From positions 3,136,001 through 3,200,000 of the forward strand of contig OZ243972.1 of assembly GCA_965214705.1 (NCBI GenBank): DNA of 64,000 nucleotides, written 5' to 3'. The stretch comes from Alphaproteobacteria bacterium. GTDB taxonomy: Bacteria; Pseudomonadota; Alphaproteobacteria; UBA828. Below are positions 40,158-49,989 of the stretch, in pieces (within the stretch, counting starts at the first letter, position 1; each line of letters opens with the position of its first letter). The translations under genes were made by a program, and so were the position numbers. The notes under the pieces are model-generated. The model saw only the letters and a program-made list of their open reading frames with translations. It was not told the origin of the DNA and searched no databases.

Positions 40158-40477
40158 TATCGATCTCCCTGGATCGCGACGGCGCGCCGCCGGACCGATC
40201 CGGCGACGGTCCGTCGCAGGGGTCGATACTAACCACTGGTGATCGGGAGGCTGCTGGGGATCCGCCACCCGACGGGCGGAGCGCCACTGACGCAACCGGG
40301 AAGCGAACGCACAGAACAAACGGCACCCGCGACGCCTCGGAAATGAATGAACTCTACGCCGCTAACTCCGCGTAGCGGCTTCGTTCAATACGGATAAGGC
40401 TTATCCCCTTGACCCCGGTTTGACGACATCTTGTGTTTGGGTTGGCAGGGACGAGTTGTTCGTGTAATGTTCTCGCC

Positions 40478-41416
40478 ATGCCGAGCCGCTGGAAGCACGA
40501 CCGCCCGATGTCCCGCGCTGCCTTCGAGGCGCGCTTCCCCGATGAAGAGGCCTGCGCCAGACACCTCGCGGCAAAGCGTTGGCCCGACGGCTTCGTTTGC
40601 CCCGCTTGCGGCCATGACAAGGGTTGGGAGTTGAAGCGTCGCAGGGCGAGTTGGGAATGTGCGGGCTGCGGCAAGGAGACGTCGGTGACCGCGGGCACGA
40701 TCATGCATCGCAGCCACCTGCCGCTGAAGACCTGGTTCACCGCCATCCATATGGTGACCAGCCATTCGAACGGCATCTCCGCCCTGCAACTCCAGGCCCA
40801 GCTCGGGCTCGGCAGCTACAAGAGTGCGTGGCTGCTGCTGCACAAGCTGCGTCGCGCCATGGTCGATCCCGACCGCAGCCTGCTTGAGGATCTGGTTGAG
40901 ATCGACGAAGCCTCGTTGCCGCAGCGCACCGCGCAAGACCCGCCCACCGGCGGGCAAGGCCGCAGCGCGCAAGGCAAGATGCTCATCGCCGGAGCGGTCG
41001 AGCTGTCTCCCGAGGGTGAGCCGCGCCGCATCCGCCTCGCGCCGATCGTGGATTACTCCGCGCTCAGCCTGCACGCCTTCGTTGCCGCCACCTCGGCGTC
41101 GGGCGCGCTGGTGATCACCGACGGTTGGAGCGGCTATCCCGGCCTGTCCGGGCACGACCATGAGGCCAGGATCGTCGGCGACACGCCCGCCCATCTCGTG
41201 CTGAAGTGGACCCATCGCGTCTTCTCGAACCTGAAACGCTGGGCGCTCGGCACCTTTCACGGCCTGCGCCGCGCCCATTTGCGCCGTTACCTCGACGAGT
41301 TCGTCTTCCGTTGGAACCGACGCCGCCACACCGACGCCGCCTTCGACACCCTGCTCGGCATCGGCGCCGGCCTTCAACCCGCCAGCTACCGCGACTTCGT
41401 CGAACAACGCGCCTGA
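40478..41416 (+). CDS. IS1595-family transposase
   Basis: RWPDGFVCPACG..CAGCG..SVTAGT, VEIDE, ITDGWSGY, YLDEFVFRWNRR. Confidence 0.93.
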   Translation: MPSRWKHDRPMSRAAFEARFPDEEACARHLAAKRWPDGFVCPACGHDKGWELKRRRASWECAGCGKETSVTAGTIMHRSHLPLKTWFTAIHMVTSHSNGISALQLQAQLGLGSYKSAWLLLHKLRRAMVDPDRSLLEDLVEIDEASLPQRTAQDPPTGGQGRSAQGKMLIAGAVELSPEGEPRRIRLAPIVDYSALSLHAFVAATSASGALVITDGWSGYPGLSGHDHEARIVGDTPAHLVLKWTHRVFSNLKRWALGTFHGLRRAHLRRYLDEFVFRWNRRRHTDAAFDTLLGIGAGLQPASYRDFVEQRA

Positions 41417-41701
41417 TCCCACCGGCCGGTCAACACCGTGCCGCAGCCAGCCATTCCGGCTGTCTCGGAGTCATTATACCGAACTCCGGCACCGCGTGAC
41501 GGGGCCGGGCAGCGCTCTCGCCAGTCCAAGATATCACGCGTGCGACGCGCGCCGATGCCGGCGACGATCAACATCTTGCGTCACCGGAACCAAGGGGAGA
41601 AGCCTTTACCTCAATTCGACGAAATCTGTTGAATGATCTTTCAAGAATTCGTCCAATTTTCCGGTGTAGTTCACATCACCATTTTTCTGATATTTCTCCC
41701 A

Positions 41702-41868
41702 AAGGCTTATCCCCTTACATCCGGCTTCTCCATATGTGGGGTGCCGGATCGCTGGGCACTTTACGGGCAACCCATTGAGACACGGAAGGAACTGCGACCG
41801 TGTCGGATACCGCCGCCGAGGTGGCCGGTACAACATGTTGGGGAACCGGAGCCAGAGGGATAAGCCTT
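41702..41868. mobile_element. 167-bp non-autonomous MITE with IS1595-type ends
   Basis: AAGGCTTATCCCCTT ... AGAGGGATAAGCCTT; no transposase. Confidence 0.75.
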
Positions 41869-41993
41869 ATACGGATTATCAGACAGTGTGTCGAGCAGCG
41901 CCCAGGCGCCGCTCGCGGTGATCGGCGGGGGCGGCTGAAGCACCGGGCGGCGCGCCCTCTGGTTGCACGCCGCCCGGCTTCAAATCGGAACGT

Positions 41994-43031
41994 CTACTTC
42001 TTCAGGCGGGTCCACATGGTGTCGTAGACCTCCTGGGTCGCCTGATCGCACACCGCGACGAATGTGCCGGCGGGTGCATCGGCAGGCGGAACGGACTCGG
42101 GCTGGCTGGCCAGTTCCGGATCGAGATGCGGGGTCACGCCCTCGACGCCCGCCGCATAGCGCGCGAAGTTGGTGACCGCGGCGATGTTCTCCGGCTCCAG
42201 CAGGAAGTCCATGAACTTGATCGCGCTGGCCCGGTTGGGCGCGTCCTTCAGCAGCACGACGTTGTCCATCCAGACGACATAGCCCTGGCGCGGATAGGCG
42301 TATTCGATGTTGGCGCCCTCCGCCCGCGCCTTGGCGCCGAAGCCGTTCCAGATCATCCCCACGGCGGCATCGCCGGAGACCAGCACGTCCTTGGCGCCGT
42401 CCGAGTTGAAGGAGGCCCAGTGCGGCTTGGCCGCCTGCAGCAGCGCATCGAGCTGCTTGAGCTGCTCGCGGTCGTTCGAGCACTGCGGAATGCCCAGATG
42501 CAGGGCGGCCAGTAGCATGACCTCACCTTGGGAATCGAGGACGTTGATCTTGCCCTTCAGCTCGTCCGGCGGGTCATAGACGATGCCGGTGTCGTTGATG
42601 TCGCCTTGATAGACGTCCCGGTTCACCGAGAAGCTGGTCGAACCCCACTGATAGGGGATCGAGTGCATCCGGCCCGGATCGAAGGGCACGTCCACCCATT
42701 GCGGCTCGATGTTGCCCCGATTGGCGAGCTCGCCCTCGGCAATGGTGTCGAGCATGCCTTCGCCGATCATGATCTCGACCATGTAGTCGCCCGGCACGGC
42801 CACATCGTAGGAGCCGAGCTTGCCGGCCTTGAGCGAGGCCAGCATCGCTTCGTTGGAATCGAAGGTGTCCATGGTCACCTCGATCCCGGTCTCGGCCGCG
42901 AACTTGTCGAGCAGCTCCTGCGGGATGTACTCGAACCAGTGGTAGATCGAGAGCTTCTCCTGCGCGTGAGCCGCGCTCACGACAAACGTCAGTGCTAACG
43001 CCGCTACTCCGGCTTTGAGTAAGGTCCGCAT
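41994..43031 (-). CDS. potD: Polyamine ABC transporter substrate-binding protein (PotD/PotF-like)
   Basis: Signal peptide; YHWFEYI, FDSNEAM, PYQWG, WNG, YPRQG..WMDN. Confidence 0.85.
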   Translation of the reverse strand: MRTLLKAGVAALALTFVVSAAHAQEKLSIYHWFEYIPQELLDKFAAETGIEVTMDTFDSNEAMLASLKAGKLGSYDVAVPGDYMVEIMIGEGMLDTIAEGELANRGNIEPQWVDVPFDPGRMHSIPYQWGSTSFSVNRDVYQGDINDTGIVYDPPDELKGKINVLDSQGEVMLLAALHLGIPQCSNDREQLKQLDALLQAAKPHWASFNSDGAKDVLVSGDAAVGMIWNGFGAKARAEGANIEYAYPRQGYVVWMDNVVLLKDAPNRASAIKFMDFLLEPENIAAVTNFARYAAGVEGVTPHLDPELASQPESVPPADAPAGTFVAVCDQATQEVYDTMWTRLKK

Positions 43032-43066
43032 GTCTCCCTCCTTGGTTGCGGTGTTTACGGTGAGGA

Positions 43067-43888
43067 TTACGCCTCCGCCTTCGTTCCAGGCCGCCCGTAC
43101 CGACTGATGAAATAGGACAGCGTGACGATCAGGATCGAGACGGAGAGCATGATGGTGCTGAGCGCCATGATGTCGGGTTTGATGCCCTGCTTGACGGCTC
43201 CGAAGATCGCCGTGGGCAGGGTTTCGATCCCGGCGCCCTTGATGAAATTGGTGATGATGAAATCGTCCAGCGAGATGATGAACGCCAACAGAAAGCCCGC
43301 GAGAATTCCGGGCGCCATCAATGGCATGAGGACGCGCAGGAACGCCTGGAACCGGCTCGCGTACAAGTCCTGCGCGGCCTCTTCGTAACTGCCGTCGATC
43401 CCCTGCAGGCGGGCCGCAATCGGCAGGTACGCGAAGGGAATACAGAAGACGATATGCGCCACGAGTATCGAGAGATAACCGAGCGTGAAGCCGATGGCGC
43501 TGAAGAACACCAGCGTCGCCACGGCCGTGACGATCTCCGGCACCATGATCGGCATGCTGATGAGCGCGAGGTTCAGCGCCTTCCCTTTGAAAGCCCCGCC
43601 CCGCACCATCGCCACCGCGGCGGCCGTGGCGATGATGGTGCTGGCGACGGCGGCGCTGAGAGCGATGGTGAGCGAATTCCAGGCGGCGTCCTTGAACTTC
43701 GCCGATTCCGGCCCGGTGAAGATTTCCATGTACCAGCGGAAGCTGAACCCGCCCCAGCGGGTGATCGAGAGCGAGTCGTTGAAGCTGTAGACCATCACCA
43801 CCAGGAGCGGCGCGTAGAGCACCACCAGGCAGAGGATCGTGATCGGCAGGAAGCCGGGGTAGCGTTTGATGTTGATTCTTTGCCGCAT
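43067..43888 (-). CDS. potC: Polyamine ABC transporter permease (PotC-like)
   Basis: [30 protein letters not shown]. Confidence 0.85.
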   Translation of the reverse strand: MRQRINIKRYPGFLPITILCLVVLYAPLLVVMVYSFNDSLSITRWGGFSFRWYMEIFTGPESAKFKDAAWNSLTIALSAAVASTIIATAAAVAMVRGGAFKGKALNLALISMPIMVPEIVTAVATLVFFSAIGFTLGYLSILVAHIVFCIPFAYLPIAARLQGIDGSYEEAAQDLYASRFQAFLRVLMPLMAPGILAGFLLAFIISLDDFIITNFIKGAGIETLPTAIFGAVKQGIKPDIMALSTIMLSVSILIVTLSYFISRYGRPGTKAEA

Positions 43889-43889
43889 C

Positions 43890-44816
43890 TCAGGCGGCCT
43901 GCGCGCTGCGCCGGGCTTGCCGGCGCGCATAGATGAAGAGCGCGATGAGCACGAGGGAGAGCAGGATCATCGATGCCGCCGCGCCGAAGGGCCAGTTGCC
44001 GGCGTTGCCCTTGAACTGCTCCTCGATGAGCGAGCCGATCAGGAAGTTCTTGGCGCCGCCGAGCAGGTCGGGCGCGAGGAAGGCGCCGAGGCTCGGCACG
44101 AAGACCAGGATGCACCCGGCCACGATGCCGGGCCACACGATCGGCAGGATGACCTTGTACAGGATCGTCCAGCGATTGGCGTAGAGGTCGGCGGCGGCTT
44201 CGGACAGCGCAAAGTCGTAGCGCTCCACCGAGGCATAGATGGGCAGCACCATGAAGGGCAGGTACGAGTAGAACAGGCCGAGCTGCACCGCGAAATCGGT
44301 GTTGATGAGCGCAATGGGCTCGCTGATGACGCCCAGGCCCATCAGGGCTTCGTTGAGCGGGCCGTTGTCCCGGATGAGGAACTTCATCGAGACCGTGCGG
44401 ATCAGCAGGTTCACCCAGTAGGGGACGGTCACCAGGAAGAGCCACATGGAGCGCGTCGCGGGCGAGCGCGTCGCGATGAAGTAGGCGGTCGGGAAGCCGA
44501 TGATCAGGCAGAGCAACGTGGCAACGGCAGCCTGGATGATCGAGCGCACGAAGATGACGATATAGGTCCACTCGATCTGCGGCGGCTCGTCGCCGAAGAG
44601 GCCGCGGTCGAAGATGAACTGGTCGTAAGCCGCGAGCGAGAACTCCCAGATCACGCCGCCCCGGAACTCCTTCGTCAGGAAGGAGTAAGCCAGCATCATC
44701 AGCACCGGCGCCACGAGGAAGAAGCCGATGATCACCCAGGTCGGAATCAGCAACGGGGTGCGCACCGGCGCGAAGGTGCGGGAGACCGCACGCGTGCTGG
44801 CGAGCTCGCCGGCCAT
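43890..44816 (-). CDS. potB: Polyamine ABC transporter permease (PotB-like)
   Basis: [40 protein letters not shown]. Confidence 0.85.
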   Translation of the reverse strand: MAGELASTRAVSRTFAPVRTPLLIPTWVIIGFFLVAPVLMMLAYSFLTKEFRGGVIWEFSLAAYDQFIFDRGLFGDEPPQIEWTYIVIFVRSIIQAAVATLLCLIIGFPTAYFIATRSPATRSMWLFLVTVPYWVNLLIRTVSMKFLIRDNGPLNEALMGLGVISEPIALINTDFAVQLGLFYSYLPFMVLPIYASVERYDFALSEAAADLYANRWTILYKVILPIVWPGIVAGCILVFVPSLGAFLAPDLLGGAKNFLIGSLIEEQFKGNAGNWPFGAAASMILLSLVLIALFIYARRQARRSAQAA

Positions 44817-45904
44817 CAGTCCACCAGGAGCCGGGCGCCGCCGGGCGCGATGGCGAGACCGACCCGGTCTCCGTTGCGGAAGGATGTCGTGTCGCTGCCG
44901 ACGTTCTGCGCCCGCACCAGCACGTCCGGTCCTTCGTCCAGCCGCACGCCATACTGGATGTCGGTGCCGAGATAGACGATCTGGTCCACCACGCCGGTGA
45001 GGCCGCTGTCGCACGCCGCCTCGGGCACGAGCGAGAGCCGTTCCGGGCGGATCAGCACGTGGGCGGTGGCGCCGTCCTGCGGCGGCGTCCCCGCGGCCTC
45101 ACAGGGAAAGACCGCGCCGTTGGGCAGGCGGCTATGCCAGGCACCGTCCGGCCCGCGCTGCACGGTCACGTCGAGGACGTTGGTCTCGCCGATGAAGTCG
45201 GCCACGAAGCGGTCGTTGGGCGCCTCGTAGATTTCGTGCGGCGTGCCCACCTGCCGGATCTCGCCCGCCGACATGACGGCGATGCGGTCCGACATCGTCA
45301 GCGCCTCCTCCTGGTCGTGGGTGACGAAGACGAAGGTGATGCCGGTTTCCTCCTGAATCTGCTTCAGCTCGATGCGCATCGCCTGGCGGAGCTTGAGGTC
45401 GAGCGCGGACAGCGGCTCGTCGAGCAGGAGCACCTTGGGCCGGGGCGCCATGGCGCGGGCGAGCGCGACCCGCTGCTGCTGCCCGCCGGAAAGCTGCGCC
45501 GGCCTGCGCGCCGCGAGGTCGCCGAGCTTCACCAGGTCGAGAATGCGGCCGGTCTGGTCCTCGATATCGGCCTTGCTCCAGCCGAGCCTGCGCATGCCGA
45601 AGGCCACGTTCTCCGCCACCGTCATGTGCGGAAAGAGCGCGTAGTGCTGAAAGACCGTGTTGATCGGGCGCCGGTTGGGGGGCAGTGTCCCGATGTCCTC
45701 GCCGTAGAGCAGGATTTCGCCTTCGGTGATCTCCTCGAAGCCCGCGATCAGGCGGAGCAGGGTGGTCTTGCCGCAGCCGGACGGGCCGAGCAGGGTGAAG
45801 AACTCGTTGTCCCGAATCGTCAGGCTCACGCCGGCGAGCGCCGTCACCGCGCCGAAGCGCTTGACGGCGTTGCGCACGTCGATGGCGATGTCTTGCTCGG
45901 ACAA
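44816..45904 (-). CDS. potA: Polyamine ABC transporter ATPase (PotA-like)
   Basis: GPSGCGKT, LSGGQQQR, LLLDEP, THDQEEA. Confidence 0.88.
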   Translation of the reverse strand: MSEQDIAIDVRNAVKRFGAVTALAGVSLTIRDNEFFTLLGPSGCGKTTLLRLIAGFEEITEGEILLYGEDIGTLPPNRRPINTVFQHYALFPHMTVAENVAFGMRRLGWSKADIEDQTGRILDLVKLGDLAARRPAQLSGGQQQRVALARAMAPRPKVLLLDEPLSALDLKLRQAMRIELKQIQEETGITFVFVTHDQEEALTMSDRIAVMSAGEIRQVGTPHEIYEAPNDRFVADFIGETNVLDVTVQRGPDGAWHSRLPNGAVFPCEAAGTPPQDGATAHVLIRPERLSLVPEAACDSGLTGVVDQIVYLGTDIQYGVRLDEGPDVLVRAQNVGSDTTSFRNGDRVGLAIAPGGARLLVD

Positions 45905-45934
45905 CGGCGCCTCCCTTCGCCTGTCAATCCGCGC

Positions 45935-46873
45935 CTAGTGGAGAGGGATGTTCGGCCCGGTCAGGGTCTTGAGCGCGTAGTCGGGCTCATCCACTCTGGA
46001 GAAGCCGACCCTGGACAACCACTCGTCCGTGGAGAGCCCGAGGATCTCCGTCTCCGACGTCAAGTTGGTGAACGCGCCGGAGGGCAGGGTCACGTAGGGG
46101 GCGCAGGCCAGCGCACAGCCCACGTGATTCTTCGGAATGTGGGACGCCTTCCAGCCGATGTAGATCTTCTTGTAGCGCGCGCCCTGATTCTCGCCGCACA
46201 GATACGCCGCATAGGCGATCCTGTTGAGCCTGTTGTCGAGCCTGGTTCTCACCGACTCTTCCTCGTCTCCCGCGAGGTGCATGATTCCCGTGTCTTCCAT
46301 GAAGAGGCACGCGTGATTGTCGCGATCTTCCGCAATCGCAAAGCCCAGCGCGCACCAGATCCACATGTTGCCGTCCGAGACCATGCTCGTGCGGTACTTC
46401 TCCGCACAAACGACCATGGCCCCTTCCTGCGGCGGGAAGTGCCGTTCGTCGGCAACGCCGAAGAGTTGCCGGGTCGCATCGCGCAACGGAATGAGGGAGT
46501 AAATCGGAATGTTCTCGATGCGCCCGACGGGATACGTCTTGCCGATGCGGGAATCGACGGCCAGGTCGTAGCCCCAGATCGCCCCATTCACGCCGCTGAA
46601 CGACGACGCCTGCAGCATATTAACCTGGCCGATATAGGAATCGTTACATTCGGCGCGGTCGTAGGACACGATTTCGGCCATGCCTTGATCCAAATCCTCC
46701 TCGAACGGAAATCCGGGAAACTGTTCCAGGTTTACGGCGCCTGTCGAAAGCAGGATGGTCGAAATGTAGGACCCCGGCTGACCCGTCGCCGTCGGCTCCT
46801 GATACCCCCCGCAGCTGCTCGCCGTCGTGTTGCGACAATTCCGGACGATCTCTTCTATACGAGCGTCAGCCAT
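45935..46873 (-). CDS. hdcA: Pyruvoyl-dependent histidine decarboxylase proenzyme
   Basis: IVSYDRAE...YIGQVNMLQASSFSG (Ser-Ser autocleavage motif), GYDLA, LFMEDTG, GCALACAPYVTLP. Confidence 0.85.
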   Translation of the reverse strand: MADARIEEIVRNCRNTTASSCGGYQEPTATGQPGSYISTILLSTGAVNLEQFPGFPFEEDLDQGMAEIVSYDRAECNDSYIGQVNMLQASSFSGVNGAIWGYDLAVDSRIGKTYPVGRIENIPIYSLIPLRDATRQLFGVADERHFPPQEGAMVVCAEKYRTSMVSDGNMWIWCALGFAIAEDRDNHACLFMEDTGIMHLAGDEEESVRTRLDNRLNRIAYAAYLCGENQGARYKKIYIGWKASHIPKNHVGCALACAPYVTLPSGAFTNLTSETEILGLSTDEWLSRVGFSRVDEPDYALKTLTGPNIPLH

Positions 46874-46885
46874 CGCCTCGTTCCT

Positions 46886-47647
46886 TCAGGCCGTGAATCC
46901 GAGCCGCCTGCCGAGATCGTCAGCGGCCTCGGCCAGTTTCTGCTTGATGCGGGTGGGCTCCATGGGGCGGAAGCGGTCCGCGAGCCCGGTGATGCCGACC
47001 GAGTAGAGGACGTAGCCGCCGTTCACGCGGATCGGGTGGCCGTAGCTCAGCACACCGGCGTCCAGCTCGTTGTCGCAGACCGCCACGCCGTCCGCGCGGA
47101 TCTGCTCGAGCTCGTCGAGGATGTCGGCCTCCTCCACCTTGGTCTTGTCCGTGAAGCGCGGGCGCGGGCGCGACAGGTAGCGGGCCACGAACTCGTCGTC
47201 CTGAAACGCCAGGATCGCCTTGCCGCTGGCCGCCGCGTGCAACGGCAGCTGCCGGCCCGGCTGCACGAAGGCGCGGTCCGAGCCCGAGGGCTGCTCCATC
47301 AGCACGGACTCGGCGAAGTCGCCGTTGAGCCGGGCCAGATGGGCGGTCTCGCCGAACTCCGCCACGAGCCCGTCGAGGACGGATTTCGCCAGCCCCGCAT
47401 AGCCCGCCCGGTCCATGGTCGTGTGCAGCAGGGTCTGCAGGCGCGGCCCGGTCACGTAGCTCTTGGTGCCGGGCACGCTCCGCAGCATGTCGAGGTCCAC
47501 GAGCCCGCGAATCAGGCGATGCGCCGTCCCCGGCTGCAGGTCCATCTCCCGCGCGATCTCCGAGAGCGTCACGCCGGTCCTGGCGCGCGCGACCGTTTCC
47601 AGCACCCGGATGTACCGGCCCAGCGGCTTGTCGTTGCTATCGCTCAT
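46886..47647 (-). CDS. IclR-family transcriptional regulator
   Basis: LSEIAREMDLQPGTAHRL HTH; GRQLPLHAAASGKAILA. Confidence 0.92.
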   Translation of the reverse strand: MSDSNDKPLGRYIRVLETVARARTGVTLSEIAREMDLQPGTAHRLIRGLVDLDMLRSVPGTKSYVTGPRLQTLLHTTMDRAGYAGLAKSVLDGLVAEFGETAHLARLNGDFAESVLMEQPSGSDRAFVQPGRQLPLHAAASGKAILAFQDDEFVARYLSRPRPRFTDKTKVEEADILDELEQIRADGVAVCDNELDAGVLSYGHPIRVNGGYVLYSVGITGLADRFRPMEPTRIKQKLAEAADDLGRRLGFTA

Positions 47648-47667
47648 CGCCCGCGCCGTCGGGTTGG

Positions 47668-49989
47668 TCAGGAGACATCGCGCTGCTGCAGTGCCGTGAC
47701 CACGCGCTCCGGCGTGATCGGCATCTCGAACACGCGCACGCCGATGGCATCGGCGACCGCGTTGGCGATGGCGGGTGCGACGGCGGTCATGGCCGGCTCG
47801 CCGATGCCCTTGGCGCCGAAGGGGCCGACGCCGCTGCGGGATTCGAGGATGATGCACTCGACGTTGGGCATATCCATCGCCGTCGGCATCAGGTATTCGC
47901 TGAAGGACGGCGTGACCAGCCGGCCCTCCTCGTAGAGCATCTCCTCGCTGAGCGCGTAGCCCTGCCCGTTCTGCGCGCCGCCCTGGATCTGGCCCTCGAC
48001 CGCCGCCGGGTTGATGCACTGGCCGACATCGTGGGCGGCGACGCTCTTCAGCACCTCGACCTCGCCGGTCTCCACGTCGACCGAGACCTCGACCGCGTGC
48101 GCGCCGTAGGCGTAGTCCGGGTGGGCCTGGCCCTGCCCGGTCTCGGGATCGAGAAAGTCGCCGAAGGGCGCGCGGAAGATCGCGAGCTCCGAACGGTGGA
48201 TGCCCTCGGCCGCGCAGGTGCGCACCAGGTCCACCAGCGGCATGGTCTTTTCCGGGTTGTCGATGACGAAGACCTCGCTGAAGGCCATGTCGATCTCGTC
48301 CGGCGTGACGCCGAATTCTTGGGCCGCGCGTTCGGCGAGGCGGGCGCGCAGCCCCTCGGCCGCCTGCTTGGCGGCGTTGCCGGTCATGTAGAGCGCGCGC
48401 GTCGCCGTGGTGGTGCCGGCGAGCGGGGTCACGGCGGAATCGCTGTTGTAGATGACGACGTTGTCGAGGGTGACGCCCAGCACCTCCACCGCGATCTGGC
48501 CGAGCGCCGAGATCTGGCCGGCGCCGATGTCGGTGACGCCGGAGCGCACCACCACGGTGCCGTCCATCTCGACGCCGACCCAGGCCTCCGAGGTGTCGTG
48601 CAGGAAGGTGAGGCGGCCATAGCTCTGCTGGTAGCAGGCGAGGCCGCGGCCGGTGCGGATCGGCCCTTCCGCCGGCGTGGGCTCGCCCAGCCCGGCCCAG
48701 GCCTTCTCGGCGCACTGCTCGGTCCAGATCGCGCTCGGCGGCACGAAGCCCGTGGACATGGGCTCGCCGGTCTTGAGGAAGTTCCGGCGCCGGAGCTCCA
48801 GGCGGTCGATGCCGAGCGTGTTGGCGATCTCGTCCATCTGCTGCTCGTAGGCCGCGCAGGCCTGCAATGCGCCGAAGCCGCGAAAGGCACTCGTGTACAT
48901 GTTGTTGGTCGCGACCGCCCGGGCGAAGACGTTGAGGTTGTCGACCCGGTAGGGGCCGGGTGCCGCCACCAGCGCGTAAAGGATGACGTAGGGGCTGAGG
49001 AACACGTAGGCGCCGGCATCGGCGATCATGTTCACGTCGAGCGCCGTGATCTTGCCCTCCTTCGTGACCCCGGTGCGGTAGGTCAGGATGAAGGGGTGGC
49101 GCTTGCCGTGGCCCACGAAGGAATCCTCGCGCGAGTATTCCAGCCGCACCGGCCGCCCGGTCTGCTTGGCGAGCAGCGCGAGATAGACCTCGACGGTCAG
49201 GTCCTCCTTGCCGCCGAAGCCGCCGCCCACCAGCGCGCCGCGCACGCGCACCTTGTTGTGCGGCACGCCGAGGGCGTCCGCGATGGGCCGGAAGTGCTCG
49301 ATCACCTGGGTCGAGACCCGGATGTTGACCACGTCGTTCTCGTCCACCCAGGCGAGGCCGACCTCCGGCTCCAGGAAGGCGTGCTCCTGGAACGGCGTCC
49401 TGTAGGTGTTCTCGACGATCAGGTCGGCCCTGGCGAAGCCCGCCTCGACATCGCCCTTCTTGATCTTGCGCTCGGCGACGATATTGTCTTCGCCGTAGAC
49501 CAGCGGCGCGCCGGGCTTCAGCGCCTCCAGGGTGTCGTAGACGCCGGGGATCGGCTCCAGCTCGAACTCGATCAGCTCTGCCGCGTGGTCGGCGATGTCG
49601 CGGGTCTCCGCCGCGATCAGCGCCAGCGGCTCGCCGAAGTAGCGCACCCGGTCCCTCACCAGAATCGGCTGGTCGGTATCGAGGCGCTTCTGCCCGGTCT
49701 GGCCGGGGATGTCGGTAGCGGCCGTGCGGTCGGCGAGGTCGTCGGCGGTGAGCACGCAGGCGACGCCCCGGAGCGCCCGTGCCTTCGAGACATCGAGGCG
49801 CACGAGCCGTGCGCTCGCGATATCGGCGCGCAGCACCCGCATGTGCAGCATGTTCGGCATCACGTAATCGCCGGCGTAGGGGGTGCGGCCGGTAACCTTG
49901 CCCGGCGCATCGGTGCGGGTCAGCGGCTTGCCGACCTGCCGGAACTGGACGTTGGCCAGCGTCCCCGGATCGATGTCGGTGTGGGTCAT
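47668..49989 (-). CDS. Xanthine dehydrogenase-family molybdopterin subunit
   Basis: GGGFGGK, SAFRGFG, EGQIQGG, GAKGIGE. Confidence 0.92.
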   Translation of the reverse strand: MTHTDIDPGTLANVQFRQVGKPLTRTDAPGKVTGRTPYAGDYVMPNMLHMRVLRADIASARLVRLDVSKARALRGVACVLTADDLADRTAATDIPGQTGQKRLDTDQPILVRDRVRYFGEPLALIAAETRDIADHAAELIEFELEPIPGVYDTLEALKPGAPLVYGEDNIVAERKIKKGDVEAGFARADLIVENTYRTPFQEHAFLEPEVGLAWVDENDVVNIRVSTQVIEHFRPIADALGVPHNKVRVRGALVGGGFGGKEDLTVEVYLALLAKQTGRPVRLEYSREDSFVGHGKRHPFILTYRTGVTKEGKITALDVNMIADAGAYVFLSPYVILYALVAAPGPYRVDNLNVFARAVATNNMYTSAFRGFGALQACAAYEQQMDEIANTLGIDRLELRRRNFLKTGEPMSTGFVPPSAIWTEQCAEKAWAGLGEPTPAEGPIRTGRGLACYQQSYGRLTFLHDTSEAWVGVEMDGTVVVRSGVTDIGAGQISALGQIAVEVLGVTLDNVVIYNSDSAVTPLAGTTTATRALYMTGNAAKQAAEGLRARLAERAAQEFGVTPDEIDMAFSEVFVIDNPEKTMPLVDLVRTCAAEGIHRSELAIFRAPFGDFLDPETGQGQAHPDYAYGAHAVEVSVDVETGEVEVLKSVAAHDVGQCINPAAVEGQIQGGAQNGQGYALSEEMLYEEGRLVTPSFSEYLMPTAMDMPNVECIILESRSGVGPFGAKGIGEPAMTAVAPAIANAVADAIGVRVFEMPITPERVVTALQQRDVS

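Larger units (their letters stand above)
35625..40388 (-). mobile_element. IS91-like element, copy 4 (terminal end disrupted by IS1634 C)
   Basis: First 7 bp at 35625-35631; remainder from about 37724 to 40388. Confidence 0.88.
40396..41868 (+). mobile_element. IS1595-family composite (IS + 95-bp spacer + MITE)
   Basis: Outer IRs AAGGCTTATCCC / GGGATAAGCCTT with 8-bp TSD ATACGGAT (40388-40395, 41869-41876); internal IRs ending at 41606 and starting at 41702. Confidence 0.85.

Noticed and set aside
11908-40388. Four repeats as an assembly artefact
   Set aside because: The copies carry private SNPs and unique flanks that rejoin into sensible genes.
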